NCBI GenBank assembly: GCA_963726455.1
Contig: CAVSCK010000004.1
Coordinates: forward strand, 1,735,676-1,799,675
DNA length: 64,000 bases
From: an uncultured bacterium
GTDB lineage: Bacteria > Zixibacteria > MSB-5A5 > CAIYYT01
Reading direction: 5' to 3'
A model generated the notes under the pieces. That model made no database searches, had not been told where the DNA came from, and saw only the letters and a list, made by a program, of their open reading frames with translations. How positions within the stretch are numbered: the stretch's first letter is position 1; every line of letters begins with the position of its first letter. The position numbers and the translations under genes were made by a program. Below are positions 1-8,935 of the stretch, piece after piece.

Positions 1-76
1 AGGTCGGATTTTCACGGCAAAAAAGCGCCGTAGCAAACCGGGGGATCAACACCGCCGCGACACGCTTGGTCAGCAT
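1..76 (-). CDS. imuB: ImuB-like Y-family polymerase, N-terminal fragment (runs off the window start)
   Basis: Manual translation of the minus strand from ATG at 76 gives MLTKRVAAVLIPRFATALFCRENP, which resembles ImuB N-termini. The start overlaps the 3' end of the upstream RecA-like gene (stop at 70-72). Only 25 codons are visible. Confidence 0.55.
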   Translation of the reverse strand, partial: MLTKRVAAVLIPRFATALFCRENPT

Positions 77-726
77 GGCAACAATTCCGCCTTTGTGCCT
101 TCGCGTGTGAGACGGCTCTTGGTGGTAACGATTTCGGTAGCTCCACCGCGGCTGCGGGTCACTGTCAACTGCAAAGAAATTGAACTCGCAGGAAGAGTTC
201 GTGAAACGCCCTCTGTCAGAAACAGCGCCACGGCTTTACTGCGGAGAACCAGTTGACGCAAACGATGCAGCAGGATGTGAGATATTTTTTCTTCCCTGCC
301 GGCCAGGTCGAATACCACGCACCTGATTCTGCCCTGTTGCAAGTACAGTTCGGCTGCGCGCATACCGGTATTGATCGACTCGGGTTGCAGCACCAAGATC
401 TTTCCAACATCAATGCCGGTGGCTGCGGCCGCGGGCGGAAAGAAAGTCCGCCCAAAATCGATATAGAGAATATCCGTGCGTTGCGATATGCCCGTCAGAA
501 GTTGCAGCAACACTGACGTTTTGCCGCAGGAAACACCGCCGGTGATTTCCAGCAGTTGTCCGGCCGGAACTCCGATATCGGGAAACAACGGCTGTAATAC
601 CGGACTGTTTACCGGAAAGCCCTCACCTTGGCTGACATCGCCGACATACAGTGCCTCCGGCCATTGTTGGCTGACCAGCTCCTGAATTCGGCTGACTGTT
701 GAAGTTTTTGATTCGGTGGCAATCAT
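70..726 (-). CDS. imuA: ImuA-like RecA-superfamily P-loop protein
   Basis: Walker A GGVSCGKT, RecA-like motifs (LYIDFGRTFFPPAAAATGIDVGKILVLQP; VVFD), about 218 aa. GGAGG RBS supports ATG at 726 rather than the ORF-track start at 765. Confidence 0.75.
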   Translation of the reverse strand: MIATESKTSTVSRIQELVSQQWPEALYVGDVSQGEGFPVNSPVLQPLFPDIGVPAGQLLEITGGVSCGKTSVLLQLLTGISQRTDILYIDFGRTFFPPAAAATGIDVGKILVLQPESINTGMRAAELYLQQGRIRCVVFDLAGREEKISHILLHRLRQLVLRSKAVALFLTEGVSRTLPASSISLQLTVTRSRGGATEIVTTKSRLTREGTKAELLPC

Positions 727-750
727 TTCATTCCTCCGCTGATTGTATAC

Positions 751-764
751 TGCACAAATGTGCA
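751..764. promoter_or_regulatory. Palindromic operator TGCACAAATGTGCA, candidate LexA (SOS) box
   Basis: Perfect inverted repeat TGCACA-AA-TGTGCA between the promoter and RBS of imuA. It matches the TGCNC-N4-GTGCA LexA box described for Fibrobacter succinogenes. Confidence 0.7.
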
Positions 765-772
765 CTACACTA

Positions 773-799
773 ATTATACGGCAGAGGCAGGGCTGTCAA
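773..799 (-). promoter_or_regulatory. sigma70-like promoter for imuAB
   Basis: Minus strand TTGACA (799-794), 15-nt spacer, TATAAT (778-773). Both hexamers are consensus but the spacer is short. Confidence 0.5.
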
Positions 800-871
800 T
801 CACATCAATCTTCTTTTTCTCAAAAAACCGGCGGCAACTTGGCAAACAGCCGGAAAACGTGTACCAATTGA

Positions 872-900
872 TTGACAAAGAGACATAAAATTCCTATGGT
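872..900 (+). promoter_or_regulatory. sigma70-like promoter for galT
   Basis: TTGACA (872-877), 17 nt, TATGGT (895-900); GGAG RBS before ATG 937. Confidence 0.55.
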
Positions 901-936
901 GCAGGCACTGAAGACGATACCATCAAAGGAGCAGAG

Positions 937-1935
937 ATGCCGGAATTTCGCCAGAATTTGGCAACAAAGGAGTGGGTGATACTAGCCACCGAGCGAGGCA
1001 GAAGGCCATCCGACTTTAGCAAAGATCGACAACCTAGACCGTTACCACCATCATTCAAGGATGACTGCCCGTTTTGTCCCGGCAACGAAGACAAAACGCC
1101 GCCGGCTACGTATGTCTATCCCGATAAAGGCGATTGGCAAGTCAGAGTGGTGCCAAACCGCTTTGCCGCCTTGCAGCCGAATCTGGCGACAACGCGCTCC
1201 TATTCCGGCAGATTCCTTTCCGCCAAGGGATTCGGCGTTGCCGAGGTCCTAATCGAAAGCCCAAGGCACGACCAGACAATTGCCACCATGGATATCAAGG
1301 AAATCGGAAACGTTCTTCGCGCTTACCGCCAGCGCATTGTCGAGATTCGCAAGAACGACAAGATCAACCTGATAACGGTGTTTCGCAATCATGGCCCGCT
1401 GGCAGGCACCTCGCTGGAACATCCGCATTCGCAGATCATTGCCACACCGATTGTCCCGCCGCATGTCCGGTACCCGATGGAACAGGCGGTACTCCATTAC
1501 GACAAACATGGCACCTGTGTCTATTGCGACATGATTGATGAGGAATTGCGCCAGAAGGAACGGATCGTCGTCGAGACGGACTACTTCCTGGCAGTCTGCC
1601 CTTATGCCGCCCGTTCGCCCTTTGAGTGCCGCATCTATCCCAAACGGCATATGGCCAGTTTCGCAACCGTGGATGGCGAGGAGATTATGGAATTGGCCAC
1701 GTTGTTGCGCGAATTGCTGGCGAAGATATACACCGGATTGGGAAATCCGGATTACAACTATGTTATGAGATCCGCGCCGATCGGCGACGAAGACACGCGG
1801 CACCTGCACTGGTATATTGTGGTAATTCCCAAGATTTCGATTCCGGCTGGATTCGAAATCGGCTCGGGGATTTACATCAATACGGTAGCCCCTGAGGAAG
1901 CGGCGTCGTTTTTGAAGAGCGTGGATATCCGGTAG
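937..1935 (+). CDS. galT: Galactose-1-phosphate uridylyltransferase
   Basis: N-terminal WVILATERGRRP, CPFCPGNE Zn site, VVPNRF, and active-site NHGPLAGTSLEHPHSQ (HxH). Confidence 0.92.
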   Translation: MPEFRQNLATKEWVILATERGRRPSDFSKDRQPRPLPPSFKDDCPFCPGNEDKTPPATYVYPDKGDWQVRVVPNRFAALQPNLATTRSYSGRFLSAKGFGVAEVLIESPRHDQTIATMDIKEIGNVLRAYRQRIVEIRKNDKINLITVFRNHGPLAGTSLEHPHSQIIATPIVPPHVRYPMEQAVLHYDKHGTCVYCDMIDEELRQKERIVVETDYFLAVCPYAARSPFECRIYPKRHMASFATVDGEEIMELATLLRELLAKIYTGLGNPDYNYVMRSAPIGDEDTRHLHWYIVVIPKISIPAGFEIGSGIYINTVAPEEAASFLKSVDIR

Positions 1936-1947
1936 TTCAGTAGTCTG

Positions 1948-3057
1948 CTATTTGTTGACCAACGTAAACACCACGATTTCCGGGCGATTTCCCGTGCGCA
2001 ACGGCGGACCCCAGGTTCCAGCGCCACTGCTGGTGTAAATAGAAAAATCCCCGTCGGTGTGCAGACCATAGTCATAGTTGTTGTAGACCTTGTGCGTGAT
2101 GTAATTGAATGGCCACATCTGACCGACATGAGTATGACCGCACAACAGCAGGTTCACGCCGCTTTCCTGAAACGGCTCGAACCCGACAGGGGGATGGAAG
2201 AGCGCAATCGTTGGTCTGCCCTGCACGATTCGCTTGAGTGTCGCATCCATTGCGTCTCGGTTGCCTCCAGTCGGATACTCGATACCCACCAGTTGAATAC
2301 TGTCCAGATCGATGATCTCGTTTCGAAGCACCCTTACCGGAAGTTCCTCCAGCGCTTTCAGGCATTTGTCGACGCCGACGTAAGTCTCGTGATTGCCGGT
2401 AATAAAATAGGTTCCCAATTTCGGCTTTAGGCGCGCCAGCGGATAAGCCAGACTGTTTAGATCAGGACTGGCGCCGTCGAAAAGATCGCCGGTGATGAAC
2501 ACAACATCGGGATTGATCTTGTTGATCTTGGCGACAATCCGGGTCATGAACGACTCGCGGTTTATCGCGCCGAGATGAATATCTGAAATCTGAACGATCT
2601 TGCGATTATGCCAGTTTCCGGGCAAATTCTTAATCGGAACGGTCACATACCGCACCACGGGATTGGCGGCATTAACCAGACCGTAGGTGGAATATCCCAC
2701 TGCGCACAAAAGAAAGAACGCACCGATGATCCGCCAGTGGGCCGAATGAAATATCAGCGCGCTCAATCCACCGCCGATCCAGGTCAGGATCACTGACATA
2801 GTTATATATAGAAATGCTCCGAGCCAGATTCCCGAAATCAGATAGAAACTACCGGTGAAAAAATTCTCCCAACGATGTACCAAGAGTGAAGCGCAGATAA
2901 AACTGGCCGATAGCAGCAGGATCGTAATCCCGAGGCCGCGCTTGAAAAGTGGATCAGTAATATGGAAGAATTTCACCCACGAGAAATAGAGTCCTGCGTG
3001 AAACAGGAATATTAGCGTAAATCCGATCGCGATAAAGGTGTGAAACTGTAATCTCAT
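1948..3057 (-). CDS. Membrane-anchored metallophosphoesterase (YkuE-like)
   Basis: N-terminal TM helices, then calcineurin-like motifs SDIHLG, TGDLFD, GNHE, HPP, GHTHVGQ. Confidence 0.9.
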   Translation of the reverse strand: MRLQFHTFIAIGFTLIFLFHAGLYFSWVKFFHITDPLFKRGLGITILLLSASFICASLLVHRWENFFTGSFYLISGIWLGAFLYITMSVILTWIGGGLSALIFHSAHWRIIGAFFLLCAVGYSTYGLVNAANPVVRYVTVPIKNLPGNWHNRKIVQISDIHLGAINRESFMTRIVAKINKINPDVVFITGDLFDGASPDLNSLAYPLARLKPKLGTYFITGNHETYVGVDKCLKALEELPVRVLRNEIIDLDSIQLVGIEYPTGGNRDAMDATLKRIVQGRPTIALFHPPVGFEPFQESGVNLLLCGHTHVGQMWPFNYITHKVYNNYDYGLHTDGDFSIYTSSGAGTWGPPLRTGNRPEIVVFTLVNK

Positions 3058-3071
3058 GCGGGAATAATTAA

Positions 3072-3097
3072 ACCGGCGTGCGTAATTGCACGCCGGT
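3072..3097 (-). terminator. Hairpin, probable terminator after the cytochrome gene
   Basis: ACCGGCGTGC-GTAATT-GCACGCCGGT, a perfect 10-bp stem followed on the minus strand by a T/A-rich tract. Confidence 0.5.
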
Positions 3098-3141
3098 CGG
3101 ACATTTGATGTTATAGATGCAAGAAAGACCTGGAGCCGTAA

Positions 3142-3723
3142 CTAGCCCTTCTTCACTTCGGTCGCCTTCGGGAACAACTGGTGCATTCCCTTCGGGTCTT
3201 TCACGTACTTGTCGAAATCGAAGCCCTTAAAGGTCGGGGACTTCTCGTTATGGCATCTCACGCAGATTTCCTTGGTCGGCTGGGTCAGGCCATTGGCCAT
3301 CGCGGCTTTCACGTCTTTCATGATCGCCTGGGTCTTATAAGCAGATCCAGCGCCGTGGCAAACTTCGCACTGTACTCCGGTCAACATTGCGCCGGCTGCA
3401 TCTTTACCAGTGGAATGGCAACCGATGCAATCCTCTTTCTTCTGTTCTTCCGGTTTCAGAGCTTCCCATGCCTTGGCATGCACGGTCGTCATCCATGAGT
3501 CATACTGCTTCTTGTGACAGAGCTTGCATTTGTCTTTGCCGACGAATTCAAACTTGCCGGCGGCCGGTTTGGCGGCAGGGGCTTTTGCCTCGCCCTTGGC
3601 CGGAGCAGCGGTCTCAGTCTTGGCAGGAGCGGTCTTGGTCGTATCTTGGGCCATCAGGTTCCCAAAGACCAAGGCGAACGCAGCCACCAGAACAACGGCC
3701 AAAACGAATAACTTCTTGCTCAT
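3142..3723 (-). CDS. Periplasmic tetraheme cytochrome c (c554-like)
   Basis: Signal peptide, Ala/Pro/Lys-rich linker, four CxxCH motifs (CKLCH, CIGCH, CEVCH, CVRCH). Confidence 0.88.
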   Translation of the reverse strand: MSKKLFVLAVVLVAAFALVFGNLMAQDTTKTAPAKTETAAPAKGEAKAPAAKPAAGKFEFVGKDKCKLCHKKQYDSWMTTVHAKAWEALKPEEQKKEDCIGCHSTGKDAAGAMLTGVQCEVCHGAGSAYKTQAIMKDVKAAMANGLTQPTKEICVRCHNEKSPTFKGFDFDKYVKDPKGMHQLFPKATEVKKG

Positions 3724-4116
3724 TCCTAGTCTCCTCCTGAGAGTTAACGTTTGTTACTTTTTGTACAATCTTCTGCCTTACTAGTTGCCCGAATATATGC
3801 CGAAGTCAGCGGCTGTCAAGAAAATAAATGTAAATTTGACTCCTCTTCATCCGATCTAATTAGGGTGAATCCGTTCGCCTCGGTGCACACGATGATTATA
3901 CATTCGACACCCAAAAACCTGCTAACTCCAAGTCGTGAAATAAAATGTTTTTTTGTTGATTTCGAATTGAGGAGATTTTACATTTTCGCTTCACTGGTCC
4001 GGAAGAATTATGTCCGGTCTGCTCTGGGATAATGAGTTTCCATGGAGGGATTCGTTGCACTTATTCCCCTCTGAGGATGAAATAGTAATTAAACCCTAGT
4101 TGGGAGGGAACAAACT

Positions 4117-5613
4117 TTGCGTAAAGCGATCGTATTCATCATGATGCTTGCTTTGGTAGCTGCTATAGCAGCGCCTGCGTCTGCCTATGACGAGACCGGC
4201 AAGCTCGGCCTGAGCTACCGCTTCGGCTTCCATACCGTGACCAAGAGCCCCTGGAAACTGAATTTCATGCACGGTGGTGAGATAAAGTGGGGCGTCCATA
4301 AGAACGTGGCCATTGCCCTGACCGGCGTTTATGGTCGCACTCATGGTGGGATACTGGAAACGGGAGCGACCAAATTCACCAAGATGGACGACAAGAACGG
4401 CCTGAAGACCTACAGACTTCGCAACTACATTGCCGAATTGGGTCCCGTTGTTAATCTCATGCCCGACAAGAACTTTAATGTCTACTTGACGGCGGGCGCC
4501 GGTGTCGGTGGCTGGACGATCAGAGACCCTATGAATCGCAACAACATTGTGTCCGTGAATTACAAGGGCAAGAACTACATGCTGCAGGATCAGCAGTTTA
4601 CTCTGATGTTCGGCGCCGGTTTTGAGTACTTTCTGATTCCTGAATTCTCGATCGGAGCAGCGGCCCGCTATCACGCGTTCACCAAAGTGCTTTCGGATTT
4701 CAGGGACGGCGACGCTAAAGACCTTGCCAGTTCCACGAACCTTGATCTTCACAAGGGGTTGCTTGAAGTAGGCGGCGTACTCACCGCTTACTTGGGAAGA
4801 TGCGTTGACTCCGATGAAGACGGCGTCTGCGACAAAGATGATAAGTGCCCTGACACGCCGAAAGGTTGCAAGGTTGATGCCAATGGCTGTCCCCTTGATG
4901 CCGATGGCGACGGCGTTTGCGACGGCTTGGACAAATGCCCAGACACTCCGAAGGGCTGCACGGTCGACATCAACGGATGCCCGATGGATACCGACGGTGA
5001 CGGTGTTTGCGATGGCGTAGATAAGTGCCCGGATACCCCGAAAGGCTGCAAAGTCGACGCGGTAGGTTGCCCGATTGATTCCGATCACGATGGTGTTCCT
5101 GACTGCCTCGACAAATGCCCCGACACGCCTTCCTGTTGCAAGGTCGACGTCAACGGTTGCCCGATTGATTCCGACGGCGACGGCGTTTGTGACGGCTGCG
5201 ACAAGTGCCCGGGAACTCCGGCTGGTATGAAGGTTGATGCAGATGGTTGCCCGACCGAATACAAGATCGAAAAGGAAATGGAACTGACGGAAGTTCAGTT
5301 TATCGTGAACACCTGGACATTGACTGACAAGGCAAAGAAGTCGCTTGATGAAGTTGCCAAGTCATTGGCTGCGTTCCCGCACGTCAATCTTGAAGTTCAG
5401 GGATACACCGACATTTCCGGCCGTAAGGGTTGGAACGACACGCTGTCACAGCGTCGTGCGGATGCCGTGGTTGACTACTTCGTATCGAAGGGCTTGGACA
5501 TCGCCAGATTCACCACAAAGGGATTTGGCTCAGAGAATCCGAAATACGACAACAAGACCGTTGAAGGTCGTGTCAAGAATCGTCGCGTGGAGATGATTCG
5601 CTTGAATCAGTAG
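4117..5613 (+). CDS. OmpA-family protein: N-terminal beta-barrel, TSP type-3 repeats, C-terminal peptidoglycan-binding OmpA domain
   Basis: Signal peptide MRKAIVFIMMLALVAAIAAPASA; amphipathic strands; five DxDxDGVxD repeats; C-terminal VQGYTD...NDTLSQRRA...NRRVE. Confidence 0.9.
   Translation: MRKAIVFIMMLALVAAIAAPASAYDETGKLGLSYRFGFHTVTKSPWKLNFMHGGEIKWGVHKNVAIALTGVYGRTHGGILETGATKFTKMDDKNGLKTYRLRNYIAELGPVVNLMPDKNFNVYLTAGAGVGGWTIRDPMNRNNIVSVNYKGKNYMLQDQQFTLMFGAGFEYFLIPEFSIGAAARYHAFTKVLSDFRDGDAKDLASSTNLDLHKGLLEVGGVLTAYLGRCVDSDEDGVCDKDDKCPDTPKGCKVDANGCPLDADGDGVCDGLDKCPDTPKGCTVDINGCPMDTDGDGVCDGVDKCPDTPKGCKVDAVGCPIDSDHDGVPDCLDKCPDTPSCCKVDVNGCPIDSDGDGVCDGCDKCPGTPAGMKVDADGCPTEYKIEKEMELTEVQFIVNTWTLTDKAKKSLDEVAKSLAAFPHVNLEVQGYTDISGRKGWNDTLSQRRADAVVDYFVSKGLDIARFTTKGFGSENPKYDNKTVEGRVKNRRVEMIRLNQ
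4807..5256 (+). repeat. Five tandem 90-bp (30-aa) coding repeats, TSP3-like Ca-binding units
   Basis: Unit consensus D(S/A/T)DGDGVCDGxDKCPDTPKGCKVDxNGCPx, five copies read directly from the translation. Confidence 0.9.
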
Positions 5614-5636
5614 TGAACATTACCAATTAATGGCAG

Positions 5637-5669
5637 AAGCGCCGGTCAAACGACCGGCGCTTTTGTTTT
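5637..5669 (+). terminator. Rho-independent terminator of the ompA-like gene
   Basis: AAGCGCCGGTC-AAAC-GACCGGCGCTT followed by TTGTTTT. Confidence 0.85.
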
Positions 5670-5716
5670 GCCGACGGGGCGGATGTGAACTTGGGGGAAA
5701 ACCTGTAATCTATTGC

Positions 5717-7855
5717 CTATTTGTGTTTCTTCGCCGATTTGACAGGACGGTTGGCGGCGCCTACGTTGAACTCGCTCGTGACGCGACGCTGATTACCGCA
5801 GCGGTCGGTAACTCTGATGTCGAGCAGGTGCTTGCCGGCGGAAAGATCGAAGTACGGAGTCGATGTCAGCGTGGATGCTTCGGGATCATATACCGGTATG
5901 CACCAGCGCCCGTCTATCCTAACCTCGAATGAGTCGCGAACACCCGATAGGTTGTCATTTACTTTACATCTAATTGTCGGACGGACCGACATCACCGACG
6001 CCTTGGAAGCAGGCACAACCTGGCGAATTGTCGGCGGGATGGTATCAATGCGCATAATCACCGTCCCCGGGCGGTAGGACTTGGCCGTTACTGCGACGGC
6101 TGCGCTGTCCATGTCATTGCCCAACCAACTTAGTTGATTCGATGACCCAAGATAAAGAGCTGCTCCCCGTGGAATTGTTGTATCGAACTTGTAGGCGAAT
6201 GTTACCTGCTTGGCGAAGGGGAAATCGTTCGGAATAAGCGTGTATGAAAGCGCGTTTGAGCCCTTGCCAGTCTCAATTTCATAGTAGTATTGACGATCGA
6301 GCGGAAAACAGGCATCAGCCAGAGGCGGCAACGTGACTGCAAGCCTTCCGTCAGCGGACACGACGTTGCCTTTCGCCTTGTCATTGGATAACCAGGCGCG
6401 ACGAAAATCCGTCTTAATGGAATCCTGTTGCGAAGAACCATCGGTAGACTTGAGTGACCAATACACGTAAAGAGTCTCGCCACCACTCAGATAATCTTTG
6501 CCGCCAACCGAGTCAACCAAACCGAGCCAATACCCGCCACCAAGGTCAGTGAAACCGCCTGACTCAGCCACCGATCTCCGGGCAGAGGTGAAACTAAGTC
6601 CGTTAGCATGGGGCTTAAGCGTGCGAATCAAAGAGTAGAGCCGGTTGCCCGCGGGGATGAAGCTTAATGTCAGGTCGCCATGTGCGGTTCCTAACTTGTC
6701 CGACAAAGCGGCGAGTCGGGCGAAGTCGGGTTTGGTACTCAATTTCCACGGATCGTGATTTACTTTGCGCACCGGGACTACGGCGCGACTTTCGTTACCG
6801 GCAATGTCGCGTGCCACCAGAGTAAGAGTGTAAACTTGGTCTCCGCCTTCACGGCAAAGTCCCGTGCCTTCGTCGGCTTGTTTGTAAGACACCAGATTAT
6901 GGAAGTCCGTCGCTCCGTGTATGGCCATTTGGAAGTTACGCTCCATATCGACCAGATACGTGTTGTCGAAACTGAGACTGTCGTAGGTCATTTGATAGAG
7001 CAATTGACTGCCCTGACGTAATTCCAGTGAGTAGATTGACCGAATCCAGGGACTCGTGTCCATGTGGTCGATGGCCTCGACCGAGAGCCAGAAGTCAAAA
7101 CCGTCACATTCTAAGGTATCGTTCAGCACATATTCCGACGACCGCGGTTTCTTCACGAAGCTGTAATCGAGTTTATGTCCCAGCGCCCGTTCCAGTTCTT
7201 CGTTCCAATTCCCGATCAGATGCAGCCGGCGAAATTCTGGTGCTTCGGTATCGGTTTGCTTCAGGCCATCAAAACCGAGCGGATTGAGCGGAGTGTTTTC
7301 CGGAGTGCGAACCTCAAAATGCAAATGCGGCGCGCCGACTCCGGTCTGGCCGCTGTAACAAATTGTGTCGCCGCGATGGTAGCGGAATTGAGTTGCGTCC
7401 AGAAATATGTTCTGATTGTATGACTCTGATTTGATCTGCCGCTCCTGGACGTATTTCTCGACCTCCGGACGAAAGTGATCGAGGTGCCCAAACACCGCCA
7501 CTTTGCCGTCAACCATCTGAAAATAGAGCGCCTTGCCGTAGCCATAATATGCCATCGAAATCCGCATGACGTAGCCGTCCGCCGGAGCCAGAACGGGCAA
7601 ACCGATCTTTCCGCCCGTGCGGACATCGAGCCCGGCATGGTAATGGCGCGTGCGCCAATCGCCAAACGAAGACGACAATTCCTTCCCGTACGGCAACGGC
7701 CACAAGTATTCGGAGTGAGCTACCTCACTGAGAAGAATCGAGACTAGTAGCAGAAGCGTCCAGAATGAAGAGGACTTTGATGCGCGGGATATATACTTGG
7801 TGAGAAATTTCAAGTTGCCTGACTGAGTCTGACTGCCAATATCAGAACAGCTCAT
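5717..7855 (-). CDS. M23-family peptidase with long C-terminal extension and Ig-like end
   Basis: HYHAGLD (HxxxD) and PHLHFE (HxH) Zn motifs after a hydrophobic signal/anchor. The start is placed at ATG 7855, overlapping the upstream gene end; the ORF-track start at 8068 lies inside the MBL gene. Confidence 0.82.
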   Translation of the reverse strand: MSCSDIGSQTQSGNLKFLTKYISRASKSSSFWTLLLLVSILLSEVAHSEYLWPLPYGKELSSSFGDWRTRHYHAGLDVRTGGKIGLPVLAPADGYVMRISMAYYGYGKALYFQMVDGKVAVFGHLDHFRPEVEKYVQERQIKSESYNQNIFLDATQFRYHRGDTICYSGQTGVGAPHLHFEVRTPENTPLNPLGFDGLKQTDTEAPEFRRLHLIGNWNEELERALGHKLDYSFVKKPRSSEYVLNDTLECDGFDFWLSVEAIDHMDTSPWIRSIYSLELRQGSQLLYQMTYDSLSFDNTYLVDMERNFQMAIHGATDFHNLVSYKQADEGTGLCREGGDQVYTLTLVARDIAGNESRAVVPVRKVNHDPWKLSTKPDFARLAALSDKLGTAHGDLTLSFIPAGNRLYSLIRTLKPHANGLSFTSARRSVAESGGFTDLGGGYWLGLVDSVGGKDYLSGGETLYVYWSLKSTDGSSQQDSIKTDFRRAWLSNDKAKGNVVSADGRLAVTLPPLADACFPLDRQYYYEIETGKGSNALSYTLIPNDFPFAKQVTFAYKFDTTIPRGAALYLGSSNQLSWLGNDMDSAAVAVTAKSYRPGTVIMRIDTIPPTIRQVVPASKASVMSVRPTIRCKVNDNLSGVRDSFEVRIDGRWCIPVYDPEASTLTSTPYFDLSAGKHLLDIRVTDRCGNQRRVTSEFNVGAANRPVKSAKKHK

Positions 7856-8909
7856 AGTTCTGCCCGTGAGATGTGTCTCTCCTGGATGCGCGCTCGGTGG
7901 CAACCCTGCCAGCTGAATGCTCTTTGGAGGGAGTGTGATGGGCAGGGACTTGATCGCTGCGAAATCCTTTGGTGAGATATTCGGCGTCGAATCCGAGATC
8001 GCGCAGAAGCTCGGCGAACCGGGCCTCGCCATGCAACGTGTAAATCTTGCGAGGACCGCATTGCTCAATATACGAAAGTAGCTGCGTGTAATCGGCGTGA
8101 TCAGAGAGAGGCAAGCCGTCGGCTCCGACGGTAAAGCTCTTCCTGGCGCCGACAGACCAGCCGCTGAGAAAGAGGGTCTTCTTTCGTTTCAACTGCTTGA
8201 ATTCGTCCTGACGCGTGGTCTGCGGCGCGACAACCACCACTTTGCCGTCCAAGGAAGTATGAAGATAATGGCTGGTCGGCTGGAGCTTGACGCCCGCGGC
8301 GCGATAAAGCTGGTTCATTTTGGATATGGAAGTATCGACGCAAACAGTGAAGCCATGTTGCTGCATCAGCATGACGGCCTCTTGTGATTTGCCCATCGTA
8401 TACCCGATCAACACCGGGATGTTGCGGTCGGCGAGGACGCGTTTCACGAAGCTAATAATACGAGTATATACCTCGTTCTGCGGCGGAAAGGAATAGCTCG
8501 GATCTCCGTACGTTGATTCCATGATCAGTATGTCGCAGCGACGTGTTTCCAGCGGAGGACAGGTCAGATTGGGATAGATTTTGAAATCGCCGGTGTAGAC
8601 GATGCGCGTATGATTGACTTCCACCATGATTTGCGCGGCTCCCAGCATATGTCCGGATGGGAAAAGCTCCACCGAGGCGTCGCCGAATTTGACACTCCGA
8701 CCGAACGGAAGAACGCGCGTCGGCACATTCGGGAAACGTTGCCGATAGAGCAGAGCCGTTTCCGCCGTGGCGAGAATACGACCATGCTTGCGGGCGTGAT
8801 CGAAATGAGCATGGGAGACATACGCAAAATCGGCGGTTCTGCCCGGATCGAGCAGGAAGTCGAGTCCCTCAATGGCAATGCCATTGTCGTAAGTTATTAA
8901 TGGTGGCAC
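7842..8909 (-). CDS. MBL-fold/beta-CASP nuclease (ligase-associated DNA damage response exonuclease-like)
   Basis: SHAHFDH, SGHMLGAAQ, TGDFK, MESTYG and SDHAD motifs. Confidence 0.8.
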   Translation of the reverse strand: MPPLITYDNGIAIEGLDFLLDPGRTADFAYVSHAHFDHARKHGRILATAETALLYRQRFPNVPTRVLPFGRSVKFGDASVELFPSGHMLGAAQIMVEVNHTRIVYTGDFKIYPNLTCPPLETRRCDILIMESTYGDPSYSFPPQNEVYTRIISFVKRVLADRNIPVLIGYTMGKSQEAVMLMQQHGFTVCVDTSISKMNQLYRAAGVKLQPTSHYLHTSLDGKVVVVAPQTTRQDEFKQLKRKKTLFLSGWSVGARKSFTVGADGLPLSDHADYTQLLSYIEQCGPRKIYTLHGEARFAELLRDLGFDAEYLTKGFRSDQVPAHHTPSKEHSAGRVATERASRRDTSHGQNYELF

Positions 8910-8935
8910 AATAGATTGCGAGTAAATGTCGTCCG

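Noticed and set aside
4096-5088. 330-aa minus-strand ORF with apparent repeats
   Set aside because: It is the antisense shadow of the OmpA/TSP3 gene; its repeats only mirror the coding repeats.
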